Positions 12,115 to 25,410 of a stretch of 64,000 bases of DNA are shown one piece after another. The notes under the pieces were generated by a model. It was given only the letters and a program-made list of their open reading frames with translations, was not told the origin of the DNA and searched no databases. Numbering within the stretch: the stretch's first letter is position 1; each line of letters opens with the position of its first letter. The DNA comes from Felis catus (taxonomy: Eukaryota), in assembly GCF_018350175.1 (NCBI RefSeq), contig NC_058368.1:212910001-212974000 (forward strand). The letters run 5' to 3'. The translations under genes were made by a program, and so were the position numbers.

Positions 12115-13396
12115 AAACATCATATTTATCTCCAAACATATTGTCTATCCAAAACCATTTGTTATCCTGTTCAGAGGTGTTTATAAAGAAAGATGTGTTC
12201 TGCTAAGGGTTTTGTAGAGTATTTTATAAGACAAGGTGGCCCTAGTAATCCAAGACCTCATTACACTTTAAGCTATTACAATTCTGCCAAGAAATGGGGT
12301 GAGAACCCTCAGGGTGGCCAATTAGCAAGTGAGACTTCACCTGAGAGTATTGTGTATAAGGTGAGATTGTCAAGGTGACAGCAGAATTTTCCTGTACATA
12401 AGTAATGAGACTTTCCACCCTCATTTCCATTGGCGTGTAGTGGACTTCAAGGTTTGAGCCACAGTCCTATTTACCTTGTCACTCTGACCTCTCCCACAGA
12501 GAGGAAATTCAGCTTCTTCCCAGGCCATTTATTGAGAGCCTTGAAAGACGGTCATTGGTTTCACAGTAATAAAATCCAAATTTGTCAAATAACATCCAGA
12601 GTATTTTTCCCTTAACAATTTAATGGTCACTTACAGAATGACCATTTCTCAGAGTTCTTTTGGGAGCTACCCTCAGACTGATCATTGTTTAGCAAATAAA
12701 ATGGGTTTTCCAAATAATTCAAGCCCAAAACTTACATTGGCTTCAATTATCTTTATATCTGGACAAATAAGAGTCTAAGTTTAGACTCGACTATATAGTT
12801 GATTGTTTTAGGGCTCATTTCATATTGTCTGTGTAGACCTGGCCCTAGAATGGAAGCATCAGGATGACCTATGGGAAAATTTAGTCCATGCCCTCTATAC
12901 AATGCTGAATTCCAACCCTTGTGGGCACCTGCCCTTCCCTTAACAACCTCCTTCAGAAGACCAAGAACAAATGACCACACCATGTAGTAAGGAACAGCTA
13001 AAAATGGGATGTGGCCTACCAAGGTTGTGTCCACACACACACTAGTTTCTCAGTGTATTGGGCACAACTTCTGGGAAATCTGACTCTGTCCTAACATGCC
13101 CCCTGAATTATCTGATTGGATTCCAGCTCCTCAACTGAAGCAGTCACAAGTTGAGCAAGACAATCCTGGAGGCTTATTTGTTTGTCATGTCCTACAATCT
13201 GTCTAAACGTAACGTAGATGCTACTCTAGTGTCAAGTAAGACGTGACATTCACTAAAACCACCACAGAGAAACTAAAGCCAATTGTCATCATATTTGCTG
13301 CCCAGACAACTGGAACTTGACCTCTCAGCACTGTCCTACCATTCCTAATAAACGAGGGCAGGATGAGGCAATGGAGTGCATTGAAGTCCCAAATGA

Positions 13397-13398
<2 letters not shown>

Positions 13399-13427
<29 letters not shown>
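13399..13427. repeat. (TG)n microsatellite
   Basis: About 14 uninterrupted TG units. Confidence 0.95.
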
Positions 13428-13739
13428 ACCGTGCGCGCTCCAAATCTAGACTTGGCAGTACTTGTTCCCATCACTGAAAAATTTCATTAATTGAATTGCA
13501 AATAGATGTAAGCATAGCCCAGTGCATGAAAGGGCTCACAGGAAGAGTTAGTGCGATGTAGGACTGAAAGGGCTCTTGTCAGTCATCAGCTAGTCCAACT
13601 CCTTCATACAGGTGATAACAGAGAAGCCCAAAATACTGTGACAGTGGCTAGGATGCAGGTTCCCTGAACTCCTGGTCCAGCAATCTGTACTCCATATCAG
13701 TGGTTTTTAAATGATACCCATCAGTATACTATACTTTAT

Positions 13740-14350
13740 TTTCCACATAGTCCCCATAAGGACTCCTTTTAAAGACTTCAGAAAGATCATGTCCCTCAAA
13801 ACTTTCTGGTGGCTTTCTATCTCACTCTGGGTGGAAACTAAAGTCACCAGCACAGCTTCCAGATGCATGTGATTTGTCCCCCACTCCCTCTCTGACTGTG
13901 GCTCCTATCACACTGCCCTTCACGTGCTGTGCTTGAGCCCAACAGGCCTCTTTGCTCTTCAGGGGGGCCACTCAGCACTCTCTCGCCAGATACACTCAAG
14001 GTCTCTGTGTTCGCTGCTCTGTCTGGAATGTTCCCTCCTAAACATCTACATAATTTCTTTCACTTTACTCAGGTCTCTACTCAACTTCAACGTACCAGAG
14101 ACCTTTCCCAGCCACTCTTTAAATTAGCAGTCCTCCCACCACCCCCTCCTGTCACTGTCTATCTCCCTACCCTGCTTTATTTTATTGCCCCTGAAATGGT
14201 GTATTTGTTTGTTTATCACCAGTTCCCTCCACTACCTGGAAAGCTCAACTGATTGCAGGGAGGGTCTTTAGCTCACTGCTGAATCCTCAACACTTTGAAC
14301 AGTGCCTAGCATATAGCAGGTGCTCAAGAATATTTGATGAATGAATGGAT
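13740..14350 (+). mobile_element. L2 (LINE2) 3' end
   Basis: Ends with the L2 terminus ACAGTGCCTAGCATATAGCAGGTGCTCAAGAATATTTGATGAATGAATG. Confidence 0.8.
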
Positions 14351-14479
14351 GCAAGAATATAAAATTGACATCTGCAAGGCTCCAGCAGCTGGGTCATTCT
14401 CATTGAGTCCCATGTTAATCTTCTTTGAGACTATCAGTGAAGTGAAAAGAAACCAGAATTCTATACACTATTAGCATGA

Positions 14480-15075
14480 ATTCAGACCAGGAGACCTTTG
14501 GGGAAGATATTTGGCAATATTTAATGCACCTTAAAAGGCACTAACATACTTTTGGACCCAGATATCTCATGACTAGAAATATTGAGTACATTGGATGTAC
14601 TCACAAAAATTCATCAAGATGTGTAAGATACTTGAGATAGCATTTTGCATAACAGCAAAAACTGTAAACAACTGAAGTATCCGTCAATAGGAAACTGATT
14701 AAAGAAATCCTTGTACAACCATATAGTAGAAAAATATAGAACCATCATTTTAAACTGTGCTGAATCTATGAGTGCTCATATGGAAAAATTTTTTACTTGA
14801 CATATAAGTTTTAAAAAAAGATGAGATGGAAGAGTGACATTCATTGTATGGTTCCTTTTGTATACATTTTTTTGATAAGATATATAAATGCATATGTGCT
14901 GGCAGAAGGCACAAAATATTTTTAGACTAAATCATAGGAAATTGTTAATAGTGGTTACATTAGGGAGAGGAGACTAGGGTGGGAAGGAAAACTTTCACTT
15001 TTCATTTTGTACATTTTTGTACTGTTTAAATTTTCCAGCCAAGAATAGTCTCATTCTTGTACAATTTTTAAATGT
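14480..15075 (+). mobile_element. Ancient L1 (L1ME-like) 3' region
   Basis: Degenerate ORF2-end and 3' UTR motifs (TTTGGCAATAT...GACCCAG...AACTGAAGTATCCGTCAATAGG). Confidence 0.65.
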
Positions 15076-15580
15076 CAACAGAGGTTGCTTGAGTGATGAG
15101 ATTATGGGCCATTTTTTTGCTGTGGTTCATATACTTCTCTGTTCTAAAGAAAGCCACAGCTGATATTCACCATTTTAGAAATAAAATAAAAACAGAGGGC
15201 TTGATTAGACTTGCTTATAATCTCAAACTATCCATGATTAAATTGATGAATGTGTATCTGGGATTATTTCATTTAAAACTGATCACAGAACTCTTCACAA
15301 ACTAATTATTTGTTGTGAATAAGGCTTGTGACAAATTTAATTTGAAGAAGCATAGAGTTGTTATCTAACAATCAAAAGGAGACAAGGTACTTCCTGTTTC
15401 AGTGGGATTCTTTCAAAGCACTTTCACAAGCTTTATCTCATTTAACTTTCACAACAAGCCTGTGAGGTAGTTTGAACTCGACATATTATCCTTATTTTAC
15501 AGCTGAGGAAAACAGGAAACTGACAAAGTCCCATAGGTGTAAGAAAGAAAAACAGAACCAGGGAAGAAGCAGCTTGATCA

Positions 15581-15832
<252 letters not shown>

Positions 15833-17069
15833 TTAACAAGTTAGACTCAAGGTTCACAAGCAATGGCAGAGATGGGCAAAGTGTAGCCAACAAGAATCAT
15901 GCCATGATTTTCCTGGTACTGGCTTAGTGAGGAAAATCCTTCCCAGGTTTAGGAATTTGGAGAGCAGACAAGATATTACACAAGTCAAGGAAATTGTACC
16001 TGTTGACGAGGTTAAGTATTCCAGGTGCATCACACTTGCCCATAGTTCCCTCTATACGGGTGCCTTCTTTCTTCCTCGTGTCTACTCTCTACCTCAAGCC
16101 AACCTAAGTCCAACCTCCCCCTTTAGGTTTTCATCTCCATCAGTCACCATGATCTCTCCATGCTCTGAATATAAAACTGACTAAAAGAGCAGTAGGGATC
16201 CACTCATTCATGTTTGGATACTATTGAAAGCCTACTCTAGTGCTGGTGTTAAGGATTCAAAGAGGAGTGCTATTCCTACCTGCCTGGCATCTGTGGGCAC
16301 TGCCATTCCTACCTGCCTGGCATCTGTGTCCTCTCTTCCATCAGCAATGGCATCTCAGTTTCTCTTTCCAGTTTGTGTTTGTACTGGTTCCTGTGGATCT
16401 GACCATCTCTACCCACCCTCTGGACTACCCCTCCCCACCCCAAGTTCTAAGGACAGGAATGGAAATATGCTGGGCCATTGGTTTATCCCAGCCAGGTCCT
16501 GGCTTAAGTAAGATAGCCCTTCCCCTCAAGAAACTTAAGCTCCATGTGAATTTGGGGAAGTCATTTAATTTCTTTGAGCATTGTTTCATTCAATAAGCAT
16601 CATTTGAAAGTTCAGATACCATATTTAAACCCATTGAACATGAAATGAGAAAATACAATCTTGAAATTTAGTAGCTTACAAATTCTGTATAAAAGTACAA
16701 AAAAAAAAAAAAAAACACCACACGCACAAAAGCAAGTCTTTTTATTTCAGGAGAAATTGTCAAGAATGGAATGCCGTGGAGCAGAATGAATTCGGCATTC
16801 CACAGATGACCACCATAAGTCTTTGTGAGGAGGCATTCTATGCCTCATTCCTAGAAAAGGTTCCCATAGGAAGAGAGCCACAACTGACCTGCATCACCTA
16901 GTTCAAATACACAAACATCCATAGAAAACACAGCTCAATGTCCAGTGCTACTTGGCCTCATCTCATCCTTAAGGATGGTGAGTCCTGTTTTTTGTCATAG
17001 AAGCAAATGTTTTGCATTTGCCAAAGTCCAGTGCTGAGAGGCTGTTTAGAATAATGGCTAGAGCCTGGG

Positions 17070-17270
17070 CTCACTACCCAGAGCTGCCACTTCCTGGATG
17101 TGTTTCTCCACAACTCTGGGCCTCAGTTTTCCCTATCTGGAAAATGAGGAAAATAGTAGTACTTATCTCGTGGGGTTGCTCTTAGGTTTAAATGAACTAA
17201 TAGATGTAAAAGACTTCCAACAGTGCCTAACAGAGTTGGCACTCACTGTTGGGTTTTATTGTTGTTATTG
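17070..17270 (+). mobile_element. MIR remnant
   Basis: GGGCCTCAGTTTTCCCTATCTGGAAAATGAGG...TTAAATGA MIR core. Confidence 0.8.
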
Positions 17271-17974
17271 TCTACATATAGAGAATTATAAACCTAGGGA
17301 TCCTGCTTAGCCTTTAATTCCTAACAGCAGTATTCAGAAAATAAGCATTCTACTTAAGGTATAACATATCTTATGGACCCATTTTACACTTAATGGAAAC
17401 TAAGACTCCTTGTTCATGCTTTAACATGCCAAGCAGTGTTCTTACTTCCAGAATGTCACATCCTTAATTCTGCCCAAGCATAAGGTGTGCAGCCCGCACT
17501 GGTCAGTTCCACAGACCATCTGGGAGAAGAGAGGTGTCTGATCGCAGAAAAGCTCAGAATTAGTTGCAGGGCCCAAAGTCTAATCCTAGCCCTGACACAT
17601 TACTTAATCTCCCTAATCTTAAATTTCCTCACTGGCTGAATGGGGGTTTAGTGCCTGCTCATCCCACAGAGCTCTTCAGGGGACTGAATTAGTGATTGCA
17701 TATAAAACATCAGAAACAGTTTCTGGGACTAAGAAAGCAAATGGTAGACATTGGCTTTCACTCTTAACCATCAGCTTAAGTCTCAGAGAGTCATTATTTT
17801 CTTAGGCAAAGAAGAATGATGTACAAATAACATCTAGTCAAAGATGATTTTCTGCTGATTTGGCTATGCTAATTCAATTTTCCAAAGGAATATGAAATTT
17901 TCACTTAAGCCATGAAGTCATCATGGCTTAAGAAAGTGTGCATGCTGATGAGTTAATGAATTTTAATAAGTGGA

Positions 17975-18201
17975 ATTTATTTTTTTTTAATTTTTTTTTC
18001 AACGTTTATTTATTTTTGGGACAGAGAGAGACAGAGCATGAACGGGGGAGGGGCAGAGAGAGAGGGAGACACAGAATCGGAAACAGGCTCCAGGCTCTGA
18101 GCCATCAGCCCAGAGCCTGACGCGGGCTCGAACTCATGGACCGCGAGATCATGACCTGGCTGAAGTCGGACGCTTAACCGACTGCGCCACCCAGGCGCCC
18201 C
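17975..18201 (-). mobile_element. Young felid CanSINE (SINEC_Fc-like)
   Basis: Near-identical (reverse strand) to the copies at 57690, 60560 and 62560, with CpGs retained. TSD TAATAAGTGGA at 17964-17974 and 18202-18212. Confidence 0.96.
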
Positions 18202-18217
18202 TAATAAGTGGACTTTA

Positions 18218-18420
18218 GGGGCACCTGGGTGACTCAATCAGTTAAGCGTCCTACTCTGGATTTTGGCTCCATTCTCACAGTTCATGAGATTGAGTCCTGA
18301 ATTGGGCTCTGCACTGACAGCATGGAGCCTGCTTGGGATTTTCTCTCCCTCTCTCTCTGCCTCTCCCCTGCTTGCACTCTCTCTCTCATAATAAATAAAT
18401 AAACTTAAAAAAAAAATAAC
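18218..18420 (+). mobile_element. Older CanSINE, head-to-head with the previous copy
   Basis: GGGGCACCTGGGTGACTCA head and A tail. Degenerate TSD AGTGG(A/T)CTTTAG. Confidence 0.92.
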
Positions 18421-19643
18421 ATAGTGGTCTTTAGCATAATTTCTTAGGCCACGGTAAAAACATTTTTCAAAAAAATCTATCTTCCCTAGGATAATTATAT
18501 AAAACTCATCCTGCTACACAGGGAAGTCATACAGCCCTGGACTATGGGAAATATAAAGTGGCTCAGAAAAACTCTGGTCTAATCCTCTCAGTACTCTGAG
18601 AACCAGAAGAGCATCACTCCCCATTAGTCTTTCTGCACTCTCTAATTGAAGGTTTTCCCTCTCCTTGTTCCTGGGGAGCCTAGTCTGAGCCCTGTTAAAT
18701 TGTAAATTACCAGCCACTGGGTATCAGCTCTCCACTTATCTTCCTCCCCCTCCTGATTCCTGCTCAAAACCTAAGGCCACCATGCTGACATTGGGCACCC
18801 AAAGCACTGGACATGCGCCCCAGCATCAACCACCTTCTGGCCCCTCCTCTTCCTTCCTTCTTGCTGTGCCCTCTAAATTGCCCCTTCTACAATTGCAGAT
18901 TATCTGGCTGAGAAACATGAATGTGGATTACCCTTTTCCTAACAGGTTTGATGGTAGAAGAGAATAGATAGGTTCTGAACACATGGCCAGGTCTGAAAAC
19001 TCATTCTATCTTGATTTGCAAATGGATCGCAAAATTTACCTTCTTTCCTCTCAAAGTGGCTGAGTGTTTCCCTCTCCTGCCAAAATTAGCAGGAGAGCTG
19101 CTGACCTGCGCCGAGGCTCACTGGCACCCTGGGCTGCTGCGGAGGAGGTTTCATAACACCTACCTCATAGGACTTCAAGCCAGAAGCAAAACCCCAGAGA
19201 CCGTCTTTTCTCGAGGAGAACATTCTCACATCCACATGTGTTTTTTAATGGGAGGAAAGCCCATCAGCACATTATAGACACTAAAAATCACAAGTGCAAA
19301 CATTTTTTTTAATGAGGAAGAAAAAGAGCCAGAGTATTAAGTTGGCTTTGAAACATTTTTCACTCGACCTCCAGGCTGAAAGGAACAAGATCATCTGCTC
19401 TGTCCCCCTGCCTGTGGTCATAACAAAATTTGAACCTCGAAATCCATGATCCATGACAGATCATGCTATAGTTACTAATCAAAGAAAATAGGATACCCTT
19501 ACCTGAGTATTCCAGTATTTAGCATCATTTCTAGCCAAAAAGCTCTTCCGTACCGTCATTAAGCATAAGTCTTAATTAAATTCCTAAATGCAGCCATTCC
19601 CCTGCTAGATACCGAACAGAGTTAAGAGAACAATGTAGTTCTT

Positions 19644-19860
19644 GAGGCGCCTGGGTGGCTCAGTTGGTTAGGTGACCGACTTTGGCTCAGGTCATGATCT
19701 TGCAGTTTGTGAGTTTGAGCCCCGCATCGGGCTCCGTGCTGACAGCTCAGAGCCTGGGGCCTGCTTCAGATTCTGTGTCTCCCCCTCTCTCTACCCCTCC
19801 CCTGCTCATGCTCTGTGTCTCTTTCTCAATAATAAGTGTTAAAAAAAATTTTTTTTAAAG
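19644..19860 (+). mobile_element. CanSINE
   Basis: Typical structure. Direct repeat AGAGAACAATGTAGTTCTTGAG at 19625-19646 and 19861-19882. Confidence 0.95.
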
Positions 19861-21136
19861 AGAGAACAATGTAGTTCTTGAGCCCTGGGAGTTTACAATC
19901 TCAACCAAATAGCCCCACAGTTCCACAAAACACATAGATGAACTCCATACTAGAAAGTTATGAAGCAGCAAGTTATGAAGCAATGAGGGACAAGAGTCAG
20001 AGTAATAATTATTTGTGCTGGGTATCATCAAATAAAGTATCTATCATTTAAACAAGATGGAAGTCGTTCATCATCTTCCACTCACTCTGGGAAGTTTTCC
20101 AGAACAAGGTAGCATGCTGGCACTAACTCTCTCATCATTTCATCTCCATCCTCCTGATCTTGCCCTTTTAGTTGGCCAGCATCAGATATTCCAAGTGAAA
20201 GAAAGCCATTTTGCCACTGGCCTTCCTCTCTGATAGTGCCTGTCAGCCATGTCCATTAGTGTTTTTTAATTTTTTTTTAATCCTCTGTCATGGGGAAAGC
20301 TGAATAGAAATCTTGTTATATTTTAACTGAGCATATAGAGTTGCCATTCATAACATGGCTCTTATCTGTGACAGTGAGCAAAGTCTTTCTTATTTCTCTT
20401 TGGAGGGGCAAGTTGATAGACTGATAGATGAACTCTTCAATGCCTGAGTTCCAAACAAGTAAGCAAAGTATGCTGCATGCCTCAGCTGTTCTGTAAAGTG
20501 AGAATGAGTAACACAGCAGTAATCTAGCTCCTGGGATGTCTGGATATCTGAGAAAGACTCTAAAGCTCTCAGACCAAGGCTACTGGGAGAAAGCTACCAA
20601 AGTTAAATGCTAAGGCTAGGCTGCCCTGGGATTTTGCTTGTGGTATCCACATAACTCAAGCATATCACACAGTGGTTCTATCTTCCTTGCCACAAACCAA
20701 TGGCTCGTAATGCAAATGAGGAAAGCTGAGGGTGTTGGGCAACATTTCTCAAAAGTCTTTTGAAAAAGACATGACCCTTAACCTCTCACTCAGTTGAAGG
20801 GGAGATGGAGGAAAGGGAAATTTTGATGGCTTTCTGAAAAGGTAAGAAGAGAGACGGGTCCAGGACACCCAGAGACGGGTCCATCATAGCAGGAACAATG
20901 GCAACTTGTCTAATTAGTAATAAGACCCTCAAATGAAACTTATCTAGCTGGGCCCCTGTTGATCATGGACGGGGGAAAGAAATTGCCTGGGCATGCTACA
21001 TGGGTAGGCCAAAGGTTAGAGAACACTATACATTTGATGAACACTTTACAAGTGATCTACATGCAATAAAAACAGAGATACTATTTGTTTTAATTCAACT
21101 TTCTGTTGAATTAAAAAATTAAAAATCTATAATTTA

Positions 21137-21332
21137 GGGGGCACCTGGGTGGCCCAGTCAGTTAAGTCTCTGACTTCGGCTCAGGTCATGATCTCATGGT
21201 TCGGGAGTTCGATCTTCACATCGGGCTCTGTGCTGACAGCTCAGAGCCTGGAGCCTGCTTTGGATTCTGTGTCTCCTCTCTCTCTGCCCCTCCCTCACCT
21301 CTCAAATATAAACATAAAAATTTTTTTTTTAC
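21137..21332 (+). mobile_element. CanSINE
   Basis: Typical head and body. TSD CTATAATTTAGG on both sides. Confidence 0.93.
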
Positions 21333-24210
21333 TCTATAATTTAGGATAACAGCAAGAACTTCCATAATCCAATGGACATCACAACCTCTTCAACACCAAA
21401 AGGCAGAGTTCTCATTCTTACTGGCAGACACTCCCAATGTCTGCTCTTCTGTACTGGGCCTGCCTTCATGGAATTCACACTTGGTCACTTGCTTATTTTA
21501 GCCTTGAGGAAAGTTAAGTTGAAAATCTAAATCCTTATCCTAGTTGAAATCTGAGGAAATGCAAAGGTCAAGTGGCTTATTAACAACAGTGAGGCAGCAC
21601 ATCAGGGAGAGAGCCAGAACCCAGTTATGTGCTAGGCCGAAGCATTGCCATAATATCTGACATATTTCTTTCTCCCTATGCTGGGGTTTGCCCTAAGTTT
21701 TTCAAATAACTATCTCTATCCTGGGCTCAGCTCCACCCCTATAGCAATACCTACTAGGATTAACTCAGATCTTATAGCCTAGAGTGTGGCTGCCGACAAA
21801 CAGAGGTAGATTTTTTTCTCTCTCTCATCACCTAACACATAATGCATCATTAAACAAAAGCAGTCCTGAGAAGATTGTTAAGTCAACTTATGACCCCTCA
21901 TTTGTCTTCCATACCACAGCAACTGACTGCCCTTTTAATGACTGCAGCAGCAGTGGAGGCTAAATGCAGGCACCACAGTGCTGATACATGGCACTCATTT
22001 ATTTACACAAGCAAACCTCAGCAAGGAAGGCCATGTGGGGTCTGCTGGTGGGGAGCAACAAGGTAGAGGAGGACTCCATGGAATTGGCCTGTTGGAATTG
22101 GTGGCTATGGAGCACAAGCAAATGATAATGACTTAAAAACTCTCCCCTTGCTCATGCAGAGAATTCAGTCATCTGATATATCTACCCTCTGAATGTGTCA
22201 CACACACGTCATATCCAGATGCTTCTCATCATCCTTACCCTTGATGGCTTAGTTGAGAAATACACATACATAATGACATAATTGTCCCTGGCTTTCAGAT
22301 GATCAAGTGAGCAATGTCTGCCCTTGGCCTTGATTTCCACCAGTACCTGACCAGATGTACCTCTGGAAGGCTTGGTGACCAAACCCCCAAGACTACTCTG
22401 GACACTCTCTGGCCTCTCTTCCCAGGGGTCTGTGGTCCTGTCAGGCTCAATGTTGAAGTGGGTAAATGTGTATACCAAAATCCAATGAGAGAAGGGCTGG
22501 GGCATGCAGCAGATAGTGAGGTAGGCCCAAGCCAGTACAAGGGGTGACCAAGTCAAAGGGAGATGGAGACAAGGAAACATGAGAGGACAATTTCTGGCTT
22601 CATTATTTCCAAAAGGCCAAAATCAGAAAGCACATGTAAACTCTAATTTCTCCAACTTGATGACATCCTTTTAGACAACTGAGAACTTCAGATCACTTCT
22701 CCTGAATTTCTTGAGTCATCTATAGATACGATGGCAAGGAAGAGATGAGCAAAAATCCAAGCTTAGGTGGGTTTTTTTGGGGGGGGAGGGGTGGTAGTTA
22801 CTTCTTTTCATTTCTGTCTTGTATCTTAAAATAAAACCAGTACCTTTTTCTTTAAACAATTTCAAGATATGGTAAGGACTGAGCTAAGATCCAGAACCCT
22901 AATTCCTAGTTCTAGCATTTTTGATTTATTCAATCACTGTGAACAGTCAGCAGCTTAATTTTGTTCAATTTTTAATTCAGAGTTTCCCAAGCTGTATTCC
23001 ACAGAGGAAGAATTCTCTAAAATGTAATGTATGACTCTAGAAATAGCAGTAATGTGTCTAATAAGTTTACAAAATGATAGGTTGAATAAAGTCAAGCAGT
23101 TCTCTTTACTGCCAGATAATTATCATAACAGCTAACTTTTACTGAACATCTCCTACATGCTAAGAGATATGTAAACACTTAAGTTCTACTGCATTTAGTC
23201 CTGACAAAACTTTCATAGATAAGTCCTGTTATTATCCCCTGAAAGAGACTCTGACTAACCCTTTAACAGAATGGAGATATCTTGGTCAATTGATTAGGTC
23301 AAAATTCCAGAAAATGTTGGGGCGGACAAGCTCTTAGTAGGGGTCCAAACCAGAACTGCCTAGTTATGACATTTATCTTCTTGATATGTTCAGCCAACTA
23401 ATCCTGGAAAAAAAGCTTTGTGCTCTACTTTGTGTTTTTAATTGACTTGGTAGCTCTACAATTTGAGTACATAGATTGCAAAGAGCAATGAGAGACTATG
23501 AATGAGAAGACTAAGACAATGTTCTTCAAGGTGATGGAGGAATAGAACCCACACCTAGAGAGGGAATGAGATGGCAGAAGATGAAAGAAGAAAGGAGGAG
23601 AAGGTACATGAGGCAACAAGCTAACTGTCCCTCGTTTCTTAATCCAGTCTTTAAGCCAGAGCTAATACAACATGACTCAGATCAAGTGGATCAGGAGTTC
23701 TGATAAGTCATTGACTCAGATAAAGTTAACTGTGTTCCAGCAATTAATAAAAAGGCCTGTTATGCCAAAGGAGCATCTAAACAAGCTGGATGTTAAGGAT
23801 GAGGGTCCTACTTCAGAGACCAGTCCGTTCCAAGCACATCAGCAGCCAAACCATGTAATAAAAGATCTAATGTAATTTTTTTTAACTAGCACACAACATA
23901 AAATATGATGACTTTGATAAATAATAGTAGTAAATGTAGCAAAGCTTCATCTACCCAGTTTCATCAAATAAAAAAAAAGATGTCTCATATCAGCAAAGTT
24001 TCCAGGTTCTTAAACATTATTTCTCTAAGTATCAAAGTTTTTGAATAATATAAACACTTTTGATGAAAGTGCTTGTAAAATTAGCCACATACATTCCTGC
24101 CTTGGTAACATAAGTAAGCTGAATGTGATATTAACTTATTACGATTCTCCATATGTAAGGCTATGACAATAGCCAGTCCAGTAGGCTTCATTGGTATTGA
24201 AAAGTGTACT

Positions 24211-24538
24211 GGGGGGCACCTGGGTGGCTCAGTCGCTTAAGTGTCCAGCTCTTGATTTCAGCTCAGGTCATGATCTCATGGTCATGAGATCAAGTCCCTG
24301 AAGCAGGCTCTGCACAGAGTGTGAATCCTGCTTGGGATTCTCCCTCTCCCTCTGCCCTGTCCCCATGTGCACATGTGCACTCTCTCTCTCTAAAGGGAAG
24401 AGAAGAGAAGAGAAGAGAAGAGAAGAGAAGAGAAGAGAAGAGAAGAGAAGAGAAGAGAAGAGAAGAGAAGAGAAGAGAAGAGAAGAGGAAAAGAAAAGAA
24501 AAGAAAAGAAAAGAAAAGAAAAGAAAAGAAAAGAAAAG

Positions 24539-24569
<31 letters not shown>

Positions 24570-24570
24570 G
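24211..24570 (+). mobile_element. CanSINE with tail expanded into a microsatellite
   Basis: Head at about 24212. Degenerate TSD AAAGTGTA(C/T)TGGG. Confidence 0.92.
24397..24570. repeat. Compound pentanucleotide microsatellite (GAAGA)n(GAAAA)n
   Basis: Directly visible, about 175 bp of pure purine on the + strand. Confidence 0.97.
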
Positions 24571-24979
24571 GAAAGTGTATTGGGCTCTTTACACAATGCT
24601 GACACCAGACTTCTATGTTTCTAGATATTCTCACTTCTTCCATTCTGATAGAACATGAGCTGGGACCCACTTCCTTTTCTGAAATGCTTCCTTCCCTTGG
24701 CTACTGATTGTTCTGCATCTCCTTATCTAGCCATTCCTGTTGGTGACTCCAGGGTTCTCAACAGCTAAAGAACTAAGTCTAAATGTTCCAGGGTGGTGAA
24801 AAACACTCCTTATTATTAGCCACACTCCCAAAAGAACTTTATGCCTTACTCTTTACAAAATCTCTTAGATTCTCTGAGCATGCCATGAAGTACCTTTATG
24901 CATTAGCCCCTGGGCTTGGAATGCCCTCCACATGAGTCTCGTCTCATCCAAAGCAAACTCCTACTCAACTTTACTTGAC

Positions 24980-25410
24980 ATTCTCAGATTACCCTCTCCA
25001 GATCCACCTTCTACCCTTCTTCAACCAGCTCTGTGCCCTGTGAGGCTGGCATATATGGACAACATCAACTGGGTCCCCTTGCCCTCTGGTTTCTGGTTGG
25101 TTCAGCAGATGAGAGGGTAGAAGGAGATAATGGTCAGGATGTGAGAGGCTGCACTCCTCCACCAGATGCCACAGGTGGTTCTCCCCAACAGCCACAGACC
25201 TCATGGGTGCTAGAAACCTCTCCCTCCTCTTGCCTCTTCTAGTCTAGGGGCTGTAACAGCTTCCCACATTTGCAGGCCATGAGGTTCTTTGCCATTGTTT
25301 GTTGATTTTCCTTAATTCCACACTTACCTTTGTAATAGTCCCTTTACTGAGTTCTCTTTCATTTCCTTTCAGTGTGTCTTTTATTTCCTCCCAGGATCCT
25401 AATGGACACA
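24980..25410 (+). mobile_element. Solo LTR remnant, ERVL class (LTR16/LTR33-like)
   Basis: TGCCCTCTGGTTTCTGGTTGGTTCAG motif, shared with 42286-42757. Ends ...GGACACA. Family assignment is from memory. Confidence 0.55.

Noticed and set aside
12190..13100. Possible LTR-like remnants in intron 4 (similar impression at about 22170-22570)
   Set aside because: I could not identify termini, a TSD or a family by eye. This needs a Dfam search.
20850..20883. 13-bp direct repeat AGAGACGGGTCCA with 21-bp period
   Set aside because: Only two copies. It is an ordinary local duplication and not an array.
24290..24670. Four ORFs with EEKRR, KEKKR or FSSLL repeats
   Set aside because: They are translations of the pentanucleotide microsatellite and SINE, not genes.
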